Assembly (NCBI GenBank): GCA_043228905.1
Contig: JBHGNT010000037.1
Location: 1-64,000 of the forward strand
DNA from: Azolla caroliniana
Taxonomy: Eukaryota; Plantae; Polypodiophyta
DNA length: 64,000 bases
Reading direction: 5' to 3'
The position numbers and the translations under genes were made by a program. The notes under the pieces are model-generated. The model saw nothing but the letters and a program-made list of their open reading frames with translations. It did no database searches and was not told the DNA's origin. Below, piece after piece: positions 1-11,800 of the stretch. The number at the start of each line of letters is the position of its first letter. The stretch's first letter is position 1.

Positions 1-238
1 AGACATGAAGAAATTAGCATATTTGAGGAGGGAGTTGAGAAGAGCGAGTGAGTAAATTAAAATGGTCATACCTGGCTCGTGTGATATCGGATTTCTGTGT
101 TCAAACATGCGAATCGAAGCTAACAAGGCTAGCTATGATATAGAATTAAAAAATCGAGATTTTGAAACTCAGGTGAGAGACATGAGGAAATTAGCATATT
201 TGATGAGGGAGTTGAGAAGAGCCAGTGAGTAAATTAAA

Positions 239-416
239 ATGGTCATACCTGGCTCGTGTGATATCGGATTTCTGTGTTCAAACATGCAAATCGAAGCTAA
301 CAAGGCTAGCTATGATATAGAATTAAAAAATCGAGATTTTGAAACTCAGGTCGAGAGACATGAAGAAATTAGCATATTTGAGGAGGGAGTTGAGAAGAGC
401 GAGTGAGTAAATTAAA
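239..416 (+). repeat. Representative 178-bp monomer (near-consensus, type A)
   Basis: Runs from ATGGTC at 239 to the next ATGGTC at 417. It differs from the consensus only by CATGCA for CATGCG. Confidence 0.97.
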
Positions 417-3400
417 ATGGTCATACCTGGCTCGTGTGATATCGGATTTCTGTGTTCAAACCTGCGAATCGAAACTAACAAGGCTAGCTATGATATAGAA
501 TTAAAAAATCAAGATTTTGAAACTGACGTCGAAAGACATGAGGAAATTAGCATATTTGAGGAGGGAGTTGAGAAGAGCGAGTGAGTAAATTAAAATGGTC
601 ATACCTGGCTCGTGTGATATCGGATTTCTGTGTTCAAACCTGCGAATCGAAACTAACAAGGCTAGCTATGATATAGAATTAAAAAATCAAGATTTTGAAA
701 CTGACGTCGAAAGACATGAGGAAATTAGCATATTGGAGGAGGGAGTTGAGAAGAGCGAGTGAGTAAATTAAAATGGTCATACCTGGCTCGTGTGATATCG
801 GATTTCTGTGTTCAAACATGCGAATCGAAACTAAGAACGCTAGCTATGATATAGAATTAAAAAATCAAGATTTTGAAACTAACGTCGAAAGACATGAGGA
901 AATTAGCATGTTGGAAGAGGGAGTTGAGAAGAGCGAGTGAGTAAATTAAAATGGTCATACCTGGCTCGTGTGATATCGGATTTCTGTGTTCAAACATGCG
1001 AATCGAAGCTAACAAGGCTAGCTATGATATAGAATTAAAAAATCGAGATTTTGAAACTCAAGTCGAGAGACATGAAGAAATTAGCATATTTGAGGAGGGA
1101 GTTGAGAAGAGTCAGTGAGTAAATTAAAATGGTCATACCTGGCTCGTGTGATATCGGATTTCTGTGTTCAAACATGCGAATCGAAACTAACAAGGCTAGC
1201 TATGATATAGACTTAAAAAATCGTGATTTCGAAACTGACGTCGAAAGACATGAGGAAATTAGCATATTTGAGGAGGGAGTTGAGAAGAGCGAGTGAGTAA
1301 ATTAAAATGGTCATACCTTGCTCGTGTGATATCGGATTTCTGTGTTCAAACATGCAAATCGAAGCTAACAAGGCTAGCTATGATATAGAATTAAAAAATC
1401 GAAATTTTGAAACTCAGGTCGAGAGACATGAAGAAATTAGCATATTTGAGGAGGGAGTGGAGAAGAGCGAGTGAGTAAATTAAAATGGTCATACCTGGCT
1501 CGTGTGATATCGGATTTCTGTGTTCAAACATGCGAATCGAAGCTAACAAGGCTAGCTATGATATAGAATTAAAAAATCGAGATTTTGAAACTCAGGTGAG
1601 AGACATGAGGAAATTAGCATATTTGATGAGGGAGTTGAGAAGAGCCAGTGAGTAAATTAAAATGGTCATACCTGGGTCGTGTGATATCGGATTTCTGTGT
1701 TCAAACATGCAAATCGAAGCTAACAAGGCTAGCTATGATATAGAATTAAAAAATCGAGATTTTGAAACTCAGGTCGAGAGACATGAAGAAATTAGCATAT
1801 TTGAGGAGGGAGTTGAGAAGAGCGAGTGAGTAAATTAAAATGGTCATACCTGGCTCGTGTGATATCGGATTTCTGTGTTCAAACTTGCGAATCGAAACTA
1901 ACAAGGCTAGCTATGATATAGAATTAAAAAATCGAGATTTTGAAACTCAGGTCGAGAGACATGAAGAAATTAGCATATTTGAGGAGGGAGTTGAGAAGAG
2001 CGAGTGAGTAAATTAAAATGGTCATACCTGGCTCGTGTGATATCGGATTTCTGTGTTCAAACCTGCGAATCGAAACTAACAAGGCTAGCTATGATATAGA
2101 ATTAAAAAATCAAGATTTTGAAACTGACGTCGAAAGACATGAGGAAATTAGCATATTGGAGGAGGGAGTTGAGAAGAGCGAGTGAGTAAATTAAAATGGT
2201 CATACCTGGCTCGTGTGATATCGGATTTCTGTGTTCAAACATGCGAATCGAAACTAAGAACGCTAGCTATGATATAGAATTAAAAAATCAAGATTTTGAA
2301 ACTAACGTCGAAAGACATGAGGAAATTAGCATGTTGGAAGAGGGAGTTGAGAAGAGCGAGTGAGTAAATTAAAATGGTCATACCTGGCTCGTGTGATATC
2401 GGATTTCTGTGTTCAAACATGCGAATCGAAACTAACAAGGCTAGCTATGATATAGAATTAAAAAATCAAGATTTTGAAACTGACGTCGAAAGACATGAGG
2501 AAATTAGCATATTGGAGGAGGGAGTTGAGAAGAGCGAGTGAGTAAATTAAAATGGTCATACCTGGCTCGTGTGATATCGGATTTCTGTGTTCAAACATGC
2601 GAATCGAAACTAAGAACGCTAGCTATGATATAGAATTAAAAAATCAAGATTTTGAAACTAACGTCGAGAGACATGAAGAAATTAGCATATTTGAGGAGGG
2701 AGTTGAGAAGAGTCAGTGAGTAAATTAAAATGGTCATACCTGGCTCGTGTGATATCGGATTTCTGTGTTCAAACATGCGAATCGAAGCTAACAAGGCTAG
2801 CTATGATATAGAATTAAAAAATCGAGATTTTGAAACTCAGGTCGAGAGACATGAAGAAATTAGCATATTTGAGGAGGGAGTTGAGAAGAGCGTGTGAGTA
2901 AATTAAAATGGTCATACCTGGCTCGTGTGATATCGGATTTCTGTGTTCAAACATGCGAATCGAAGCTAACAAGGCTAGCTATGATATAGAATTAAAAAAT
3001 CGAGATTTTGAAACTCAGGTCGACAGACATGAAGAAATTAGCATATTTGAGGAGGGAGTTGAGAAGAGCGAGTGAGTAAATTAAAATGGTCATACCTGGC
3101 TCGTGTGATATCGGATTTCTGTGTTCAAACATGCGAATCGAAGCTAACAAGGCTAGCTATGATATAGAATTAAAAAACCGAGATTTTGAAACTCAGGTCA
3201 AGAGACATGAAGAAATTAGCATATTTGAGGAGGGAGTTGAGAAGAGCGTGTGAGTAAATTAAAATGGTCATACCTGGCTCGTGTGATATCGGATTTCTGT
3301 GTTCAAACATGCAAATCGAAGCTAACAAGGCTAGCTATGATATAGAATTAAAAAATCGAGATTTTGAAACTCAGGTCGAGAGACATGAAGAAATTAGCAT

Positions 3401-3619
3401 ACTTGAGGAGGGAGTTGAGAAGAGCGTGTGTGTAAATTAAAATGGTCATACCTGGCTCGTGTGATATCGGATTTCTGTGTTCAAACATGCAAATCCAAGC
3501 TAACAAGGCTAGCTATGATATAGAATTAAAAAATCGAGATTTTGAAACTCAAGTCGAGAGACATGAAGAAATTAGCATATTTGAGGAGGGAGTTGAGAAG
3601 AGCGAGTGAGTAAATTAAA

Positions 3620-3772
3620 ATGGTCATACCTGGCTCGTGTGATATCGGATTTCTGTGTTCAAACTTGCGAATCGAAACTAACAAGGCTAGCTATGATATA
3701 GAATTAAAAAATCGAGATTTTGAAACTCAGGTCGAGAGACATGAGGAAATTAGCATATTTGTGTAAATTAAA
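3620..3772 (+). repeat. Truncated 153-bp monomer (25-bp deletion); second copy at about 10699-10851
   Basis: Reads ...GCATATTTG|TGTAAATT..., so the GA-rich tract is missing. Anchor spacing 3620 to 3773 is 153 bp. Confidence 0.95.
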
Positions 3773-5730
3773 ATGGTCATACCTGGCTCGTGTGATATCG
3801 GATTTCTGTGTTCAAACATGCGAATCGAAGCTAACAAGGCTAGCTATGATATAGAATTAAAAAATCGAGATTTTGAAACTCAGGTCGAGAGACATGAAGA
3901 AATTAGCATATTTGAGGAGGGAGTTGAGAAGAGCGTGTGAGTAAATTAAAATGGTCATACCTGGCTCGTGTGATATCGGATTTCTGTGTTCAAACATGCG
4001 AATCGAAGCTAACAAGGCTAGCTATGATATAGAATTAAAAAATCGAGATTTTGAAACTCAGGTCGAGAGACATGAAGAAATTAGCATATTTGAGGAGGGA
4101 GTTGAGAAGAGCGTGTGAGTAAATTAAAATGGTCATACCTGGCTCGTGTGATAACGGATTTCTGTGTTCAAACATGCGAATCGAAGCTAACAAGGCTAGC
4201 TATGATATAGAATTAAAAAATCGAGATTTTGAAACTCAGGTCGACAGACATGAAGAAATTAGCATATTTGAGGAGGGAGTTGAGAAGAGCGAGTGAGTAA
4301 ATTAAAATGGTCATACCTGGCTCGTGTGATATCGGATTTCTGTGTTCAAACATGCGAATCGAAACTAACAAGGCTAGCTATGATATAGAATTAAAAAACC
4401 GAGATTTTGAAACTCAGGTCAAGAGACATGAAGAAATTAGCATATTTGAGGAGGGAGTTGAGAAGAGCGTGTGAGTAAATTAAAATGGTCATACCTGGCT
4501 CGTGTGATATCGGATTTCTGTGTTCAAACATGCAAATCGAAGCTAACAAGGCTAGCTATGATATAGAATTAAAAAATCGAGATTTTGAAACTCAGGTCGA
4601 GAGACATGAAGAAATTAGCATACTTGAGGAGGGAGTTGAGAAGAGCGTGTGTGTAAATTAAAATGGTCATACCTGGCTCGTGTGATATCGGATTTCTGTG
4701 TTCAAACATGCAAATCCAAGCTAACAAGGCTAGCTATGATATAGAATTAAAAAATCGAGATTTTGAAACTCAGGTCGAGAGACATGAAGAAATTAGCATA
4801 TTTGAGGAGGGAGTTGAGAAGAGCGTGTGTGTAAATTAAAATGGTCATACCTGGCTCGTGTGATATCGGATTTCTGTGTTCAAACATGCGAATCGAAACT
4901 AACAAGGCTAGCTATGATATAGAATTAAAAAATCGTGATTTTGAAACTCAGGTCGAGAGACATGAGGAAATTAGCATATTTGAGGAGGGAGTTGAGAAGA
5001 GCGAGTGAGTAAATTAAAATGGTCATACCTGGCTCGTGTGATATCGGATTTCTGTGTTCAAACATGCGAATCGAAGCTAACAAGGCTAGCTATGATATAG
5101 AATTAAAAAATCGAGATTTTGAAACTCAGGTCGAGAGACATGAAGAAATTAGCATATTTGAGGAGGGAGTTGAGAAGAGCGAGTGAGTAAATTAAAATGG
5201 TCATACCTGGCTCGTGTGATATCGGATTTCTGTGTTCAAACCTGCGAATCGAAACTAACAAGGCTAGCTATGATATAGAATTAAAAAATCAAGATTTTGA
5301 AACTGACGTCGAAAGACATGAGGAAATTAGCATATTGGAGGAGGGAGTTGAGAAGAGCGAGTGAGTAAATTAAAATGGTCATACCTGGCTCGTGTGATAT
5401 CGGATTTCTGTGTTCAAACATGCGAATCGAAACTAAGAACGCTAGCTATGATATAGAATTAAAAAATCAAGATTTTGAAACTAACGTCGAAAGACATGAG
5501 GAAATTAGCATGTTGGAAGAGGGAGTTGAGAAGAGCGAGTGAGTAAATTAAAATGGTCATACCTGGCTCGTGTGATATCGGATTTCTGTGTTCAAACATG
5601 CGAATCGAAGCTAACAAGGCTAGCTATGATATAGAATTAAAAAATCGAGATTTTGAAACTCAAGTCGAGAGACATGAAGAAATTAGCATATTTGAGGAGG
5701 GAGTTGAGAAGAGCGAGTGAGTAAATTAAA

Positions 5731-5894
5731 ATGGTCATACCTGGCTCGTGTGATATCGGATTTCTGTGTTCAAACTTGCGAATCGAAACTAACAAGGCTA
5801 GCTATGATATAGAATTAAAAAATCGAGATTTTGAAACTCAGGTCGAGAGACATGCTGGAGGAGGGAGTTGAGAAGAGCGAGTGAGTAAATTAAA
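5731..5894 (+). repeat. Truncated 164-bp monomer (14-bp deletion); further copies with junctions at about 12930 and 14695
   Basis: Reads ...GAGACATG|CTGGAGG..., so AGGAAATTAGCATG is missing. Confidence 0.95.
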
Positions 5895-8800
5895 ATGGTC
5901 ATACCTGGCTCGTGTGATATCGGATTTCTGTGTTCAAACATGCGAATCGAAGCTAAAAAGGCTAGCTATGATATAGAATTAAAAAATCGAGATTTTGAAA
6001 CTCAGGTCGAGAGACATGAAGAAATTAGCATATTTGAGGAGGGAGTTGAGAAGAGCGAGTGAGTAAATTAAAATGGTCATACCTGGCTCGTGTGATATCG
6101 GATTTCTGTGTTCAAACATGCAAATCGAAGCTAACAAGGCTAGCTATGATATAGAATTAAAAAATCGAGATTTTGAAACTCAGGTCGAGAGACATGAAGA
6201 AATTAGCATATTTGAGGAGGGAGTTGAGAAGAGCGTTTGTGTAAATTAAAATGGTCATACCTGGCTCGTGTGATATCGGATTTCTGTGTTCAAACATGCG
6301 AATCGAAGCTAACAAGGCTAGCTCTGATATAGAATTAAAAAATCGTGATTTTGAAACTCAGGTCGAGAGACATGAGGAAATTAGCATATTTGAGGAGGGA
6401 GTTGAGAAGAGCGAGTGAGTAAATTAAAATGGTCATACCTGGCTCGTGTGATATCGGATTTCTGTGTTCAAACATGCGAATCGAAACTAAGAACGCTAGC
6501 TATGATATAGAATTAAAAAATCAAGATTTTGAAACTAACGTCGAAAGACATGAGGAAATTAGCATGTTGGAAGAGGGAGTTGAGAAGAGCGAGTGAGTAA
6601 ATTAAAATGGTCATACCTGGCTCGTGTGATATCGGATTTCTGTGTTCAAACATGCGAATCGAAACTAACAAGGCTAGCTATGATATAGAATTAAAAAATC
6701 AAGATTTTGAAACTGACGTCGAAAGACATGAGGAAATTAGCATATTGGAGGAGGGAGTTGAGAAGAGCGAGTGAGTAAATTAAAATGGTCATACCTGGCT
6801 CGTGTGATATCGGATTTCTGTGTTCAAACATGCGAATCGAAACTAAGAACGCTAGCTATGATATAGAATTAAAAAATCAAGATTTTGAAACTAACGTCGA
6901 GAGACATGAAGAAATTAGCATATTTGAGGAGGGAGTTGAGAAGAGTCAGTGAGTAAATTAAAATGGTCATACCTGGCTCGTGTGATATCGGATTTCTGTG
7001 TTCAAACATGCGAATCGAAACTAACAAGGCTAGCTATGATATAGAATTAAAAAACCGAGATTTTGAAACTCAGGTCAAGAGACATGAAGAAATTAGCATA
7101 TTTGAGGAGGGAGTTGAGAAGAGCGTGTGAGTAAATTAAAATGGTCATACCTGGCTCGTGTGATATCGGATTTCTGTGTTCAAACATGCAAATCGAAGCT
7201 AACAAGGCTAGCTATGATATAGAATTAAAAAATCGAGATTTTGAAACTCAGGTGAGAGACATGAGGAAATTAGCATATTTGATGAGGGAGTTGAGAAGAG
7301 CCAGTGAGTAAATTAAAATGGTCATACCTGGCTCGTGTGATATCGGATTTCTGTGTTCAAACATGCAAATCGAAGCTAACAAGGCTAGCTATGATATAGA
7401 ATTAAAAAATCGAGATTTTGAAACTCAGGTCGAGAGACATGAAGAAATTAGCATATTTGAGGAGGGAGTTGAGAAGAGCGAGTGAGTAAATTAAAATGGT
7501 CATACCTGGCTCGTGTGATATCGGATTTCTGTGTTCAAACCTGCGAATCGAAACTAACAAGGCTAGCTATGATATAGAATTAAAAAATCAAGATTTTGAA
7601 ACTGACGTCGAAAGACATGAGGAAATTAGCATATTTGAGGAGGGAGTTGAGAAGAGCGAGTGAGTAAATTAAAATGGTCATACCTGGCTCGTGTGATATC
7701 GGATTTCTGTGTTCAAACCTGCGAATCGAAACTAACAAGGCTAGCTATGATATAGAATTAAAAAATCAAGATTTTGAAACTGACGTCGAAAGACATGAGG
7801 AAATTAGCATATTGGAGGAGGGAGTTGAGAAGAGCGAGTGAGTAAATTAAAATGGTCATACCTGGCTCGTGTGATATCGGATTTCTGTGTTCAAACATGC
7901 GAATCGAAACTAAGAACGCTAGCTATGATATAGAATTAAAAAATCAAGATTTTGAAACTAACGTCGAAAGACATGAGGAAATTAGCATGTTGGAAGAGGG
8001 AGTTGAGAAGAGCGAGTGAGTAAATTAAAATGGTCATACCTGGCTCGTGTGATATCGGATTTCTGTGTTCAAACATGCGAATCGAAGCTAACAAGGCTAG
8101 CTATGATATAGAATTAAAAAATCGAGATTTTGAAACTCAAGTCGAGAGACATGAAGAAATTAGCATATTTGAGGAGGGAGTTGAGAAGAGTCAGTGAGTA
8201 AATTAAAATGGTCATACCTGGCTCGTGTGATATCGGATTTCTGTGTTCAAACATGCGAATCGAAACTAACAAGGCTAGCTATGATATAGACTTAAAAAAT
8301 CGTGATTTCGAAACTGACGTCGAAAGACATGAGGAAATTAGCATATTTGAGGAGGGAGTTGAGAAGAGCGAGTGAGTAAATTAAAATGGTCATACCTTGC
8401 TCGTGTGATATCGGATTTCTGTGTTCAAACATGCAAATCGAAGCTAACAAGGCTAGCTATGATATAGAATTAAAAAATCGAAATTTTGAAACTCAGGTCG
8501 AGAGACATGAAGAAATTAGCATATTTGAGGAGGGAGTGGAGAAGAGCGAGTGAGTAAATTAAAATGGTCATACCTGGCTCGTGTGATATCGGATTTCTGT
8601 GTTCAAACATGCGAATCGAAGCTAACAAGGCTAGCTATGATATAGAATTAAAAAATCGAGATTTTGAAACTCAGGTGAGAGACATGAGGAAATTAGCATA
8701 TTTGATGAGGGAGTTGAGAAGAGCCAGTGAGTAAATTAAAATGGTCATACCTGGGTCGTGTGATATCGGATTTCTGTGTTCAAACATGCAAATCGAAGCT

Positions 8801-11800
8801 AACAAGGCTAGCTATGATATAGAATTAAAAAATCGAGATTTTGAAACTCAGGTCGAGAGACATGAAGAAATTAGCATATTTGAGGAGGGAGTTGAGAAGA
8901 GCGAGTGAGTAAATTAAAATGGTCATACCTGGCTCGTGTGATATCGGATTTCTGTGTTCAAACTTGCGAATCGAAACTAACAAGGCTAGCTATGATATAG
9001 AATTAAAAAATCGAGATTTTGAAACTCAGGTCGAGAGACATGAAGAAATTAGCATATTTGAGGAGGGAGTTGAGAAGAGCGAGTGAGTAAATTAAAATGG
9101 TCATACCTGGCTCGTGTGATATCGGATTTCTGTGTTCAAACCTGCGAATCGAAACTAACAAGGCTAGCTATGATATAGAATTAAAAAATCAAGATTTTGA
9201 AACTGACGTCGAAAGACATGAGGAAATTAGCATATTGGAGGAGGGAGTTGAGAAGAGCGAGTGAGTAAATTAAAATGGTCATACCTGGCTCGTGTGATAT
9301 CGGATTTCTGTGTTCAAACATGCGAATCGAAACTAAGAACGCTAGCTATGATATAGAATTAAAAAATCAAGATTTTGAAACTAACGTCGAAAGACATGAG
9401 GAAATTAGCATGTTGGAAGAGGGAGTTGAGAAGAGCGAGTGAGTAAATTAAAATGGTCATACCTGGCTCGTGTGATATCGGATTTCTGTGTTCAAACATG
9501 CGAATCGAAACTAACAAGGCTAGCTATGATATAGAATTAAAAAATCAAGATTTTGAAACTGACGTCGAAAGACATGAGGAAATTAGCATATTGGAGGAGG
9601 GAGTTGAGAAGAGCGAGTGAGTAAATTAAAATGGTCATACCTGGCTCGTGTGATATCGGATTTCTGTGTTCAAACATGCGAATCGAAACTAAGAACGCTA
9701 GCTATGATATAGAATTAAAAAATCAAGATTTTGAAACTAACGTCGAGAGACATGAAGAAATTAGCATATTTGAGGAGGGAGTTGAGAAGAGTCAGTGAGT
9801 AAATTAAAATGGTCATACCTGGCTCGTGTGATATCGGATTTCTGTGTTCAAACATGCGAATCGAAGCTAACAAGGCTAGCTATGATATAGAATTAAAAAA
9901 TCGAGATTTTGAAACTCAGGTCGAGAGACATGAAGAAATTAGCATATTTGAGGAGGGAGTTGAGAAGAGCGTGTGAGTAAATTAAAATGGTCATACCTGG
10001 CTCGTGTGATATCGGATTTCTGTGTTCAAACATGCGAATCGAAGCTAACAAGGCTAGCTATGATATAGAATTAAAAAATCGAGATTTTGAAACTCAGGTC
10101 GACAGACATGAAGAAATTAGCATATTTGAGGAGGGAGTTGAGAAGAGCGAGTGAGTAAATTAAAATGGTCATACCTGGCTCGTGTGATATCGGATTTCTG
10201 TGTTCAAACATGCGAATCGAAACTAACAAGGCTAGCTATGATATAGAATTAAAAAACCGAGATTTTGAAACTCAGGTCAAGAGACATGAAGAAATTAGCA
10301 TATTTGAGGAGGGAGTTGAGAAGAGCGTGTGAGTAAATTAAAATGGTCATACCTGGCTCGTGTGATATCGGATTTCTGTGTTCAAACATGCAAATCGAAG
10401 CTAACAAGGCTAGCTATGATATAGAATTAAAAAATCGAGATTTTGAAACTCAGGTCGAGAGACATGAAGAAATTAGCATACTTGAGGAGGGAGTTGAGAA
10501 GAGCGTGTGTGTAAATTAAAATGGTCATACCTGGCTCGTGTGATATCGGATTTCTGTGTTCAAACATGCAAATCCAAGCTAACAAGGCTAGCTATGATAT
10601 AGAATTAAAAAATCGAGATTTTGAAACTCAAGTCGAGAGACATGAAGAAATTAGCATATTTGAGGAGGGAGTTGAGAAGAGCGAGTGAGTAAATTAAAAT
10701 GGTCATACCTGGCTCGTGTGATATCGGATTTCTGTGTTCAAACTTGCGAATCGAAACTAACAAGGCTAGCTATGATATAGAATTAAAAAATCGAGATTTT
10801 GAAACTCAGGTCGAGAGACATGAGGAAATTAGCATATTTGTGTAAATTAAAATGGTCATACCTGGCTCGTGTGATATCGGATTTCTGTGTTCAAACATGC
10901 GAATCGAAGCTAACAAGGCTAGCTATGATATAGAATTAAAAAATCGAGATTTTGAAACTCAGGTCGAGAGACATGAAGAAATTAGCATATTTGAGGAGGG
11001 AGTTGAGAAGAGCGTGTGAGTAAATTAAAATGGTCATACCTGGCTCGTGTGATATCGGATTTCTGTGTTCAAACATGCGAATCGAAGCTAACAAGGCTAG
11101 CTATGATATAGAATTAAAAAATCGAGATTTTGAAACTCAGGTCGAGAGACATGAAGAAATTAGCATATTTGAGGAGGGAGTTGAGAAGAGCGTGTGAGTA
11201 AATTAAAATGGTCATACCTGGCTCGTGTGATATCGGATTTCTGTGTTCAAACATGCGAATCGAAGCTAACAAGGCTAGCTATGATATAGAATTAAAAAAT
11301 CGAGATTTTGAAACTCAGGTCGACAGACATGAAGAAATTAGCATATTTGAGGAGGGAGTTGAGAAGAGCGAGTGAGTAAATTAAAATGGTCATACCTGGC
11401 TCGTGTGATATCGGATTTCTGTGTTCAAACATGCGAATCGAAACTAACAAGGCTAGCTATGATATAGAATTAAAAAACCGAGATTTTGAAACTCAGGTCA
11501 AGAGACATGAAGAAATTAGCATATTTGAGGAGGGAGTTGAGAAGAGCGTGTGAGTAAATTAAAATGGTCATACCTGGCTCGTGTGATATCGGATTTCTGT
11601 GTTCAAACATGCAAATCGAAGCTAACAAGGCTAGCTATGATATAGAATTAAAAAATCGAGATTTTGAAACTCAGGTCGAGAGACATGAAGAAATTAGCAT
11701 ACTTGAGGAGGGAGTTGAGAAGAGCGTGTGTGTAAATTAAAATGGTCATACCTGGCTCGTGTGATATCGGATTTCTGTGTTCAAACATGCAAATCCAAGC

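Noticed and set aside
241-389. Functional 5S rRNA gene array or U1-like (ATACCTGG) snRNA array
   Set aside because: Spacing between the 5S-like blocks is wrong, and the 3' part and helix pairing of 5S are absent. The U1 similarity is only a short word. The 5S resemblance is kept only as an ancestry hypothesis.
239-416. Identity with Arabidopsis thaliana CEN178 (same length)
   Set aside because: Against my recollection of CEN178 only a short CTAACAAGG word is shared, with no extended similarity on either strand. Equal length is not homology. A BLAST search would settle it.
380-420. Shine-Dalgarno-like GAGGAGG upstream of ATG in each monomer
   Set aside because: The spacing to the ATG is about 30 bp, the downstream frame is short, and the context is satellite DNA.
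1227-1243. CENP-B-box-like TTTCGAAACTGACGTCG
   Set aside because: It matches TTCG and the spaced CG but lacks the required A and the CGGG (6 of 9 core positions), so it is not a canonical box.
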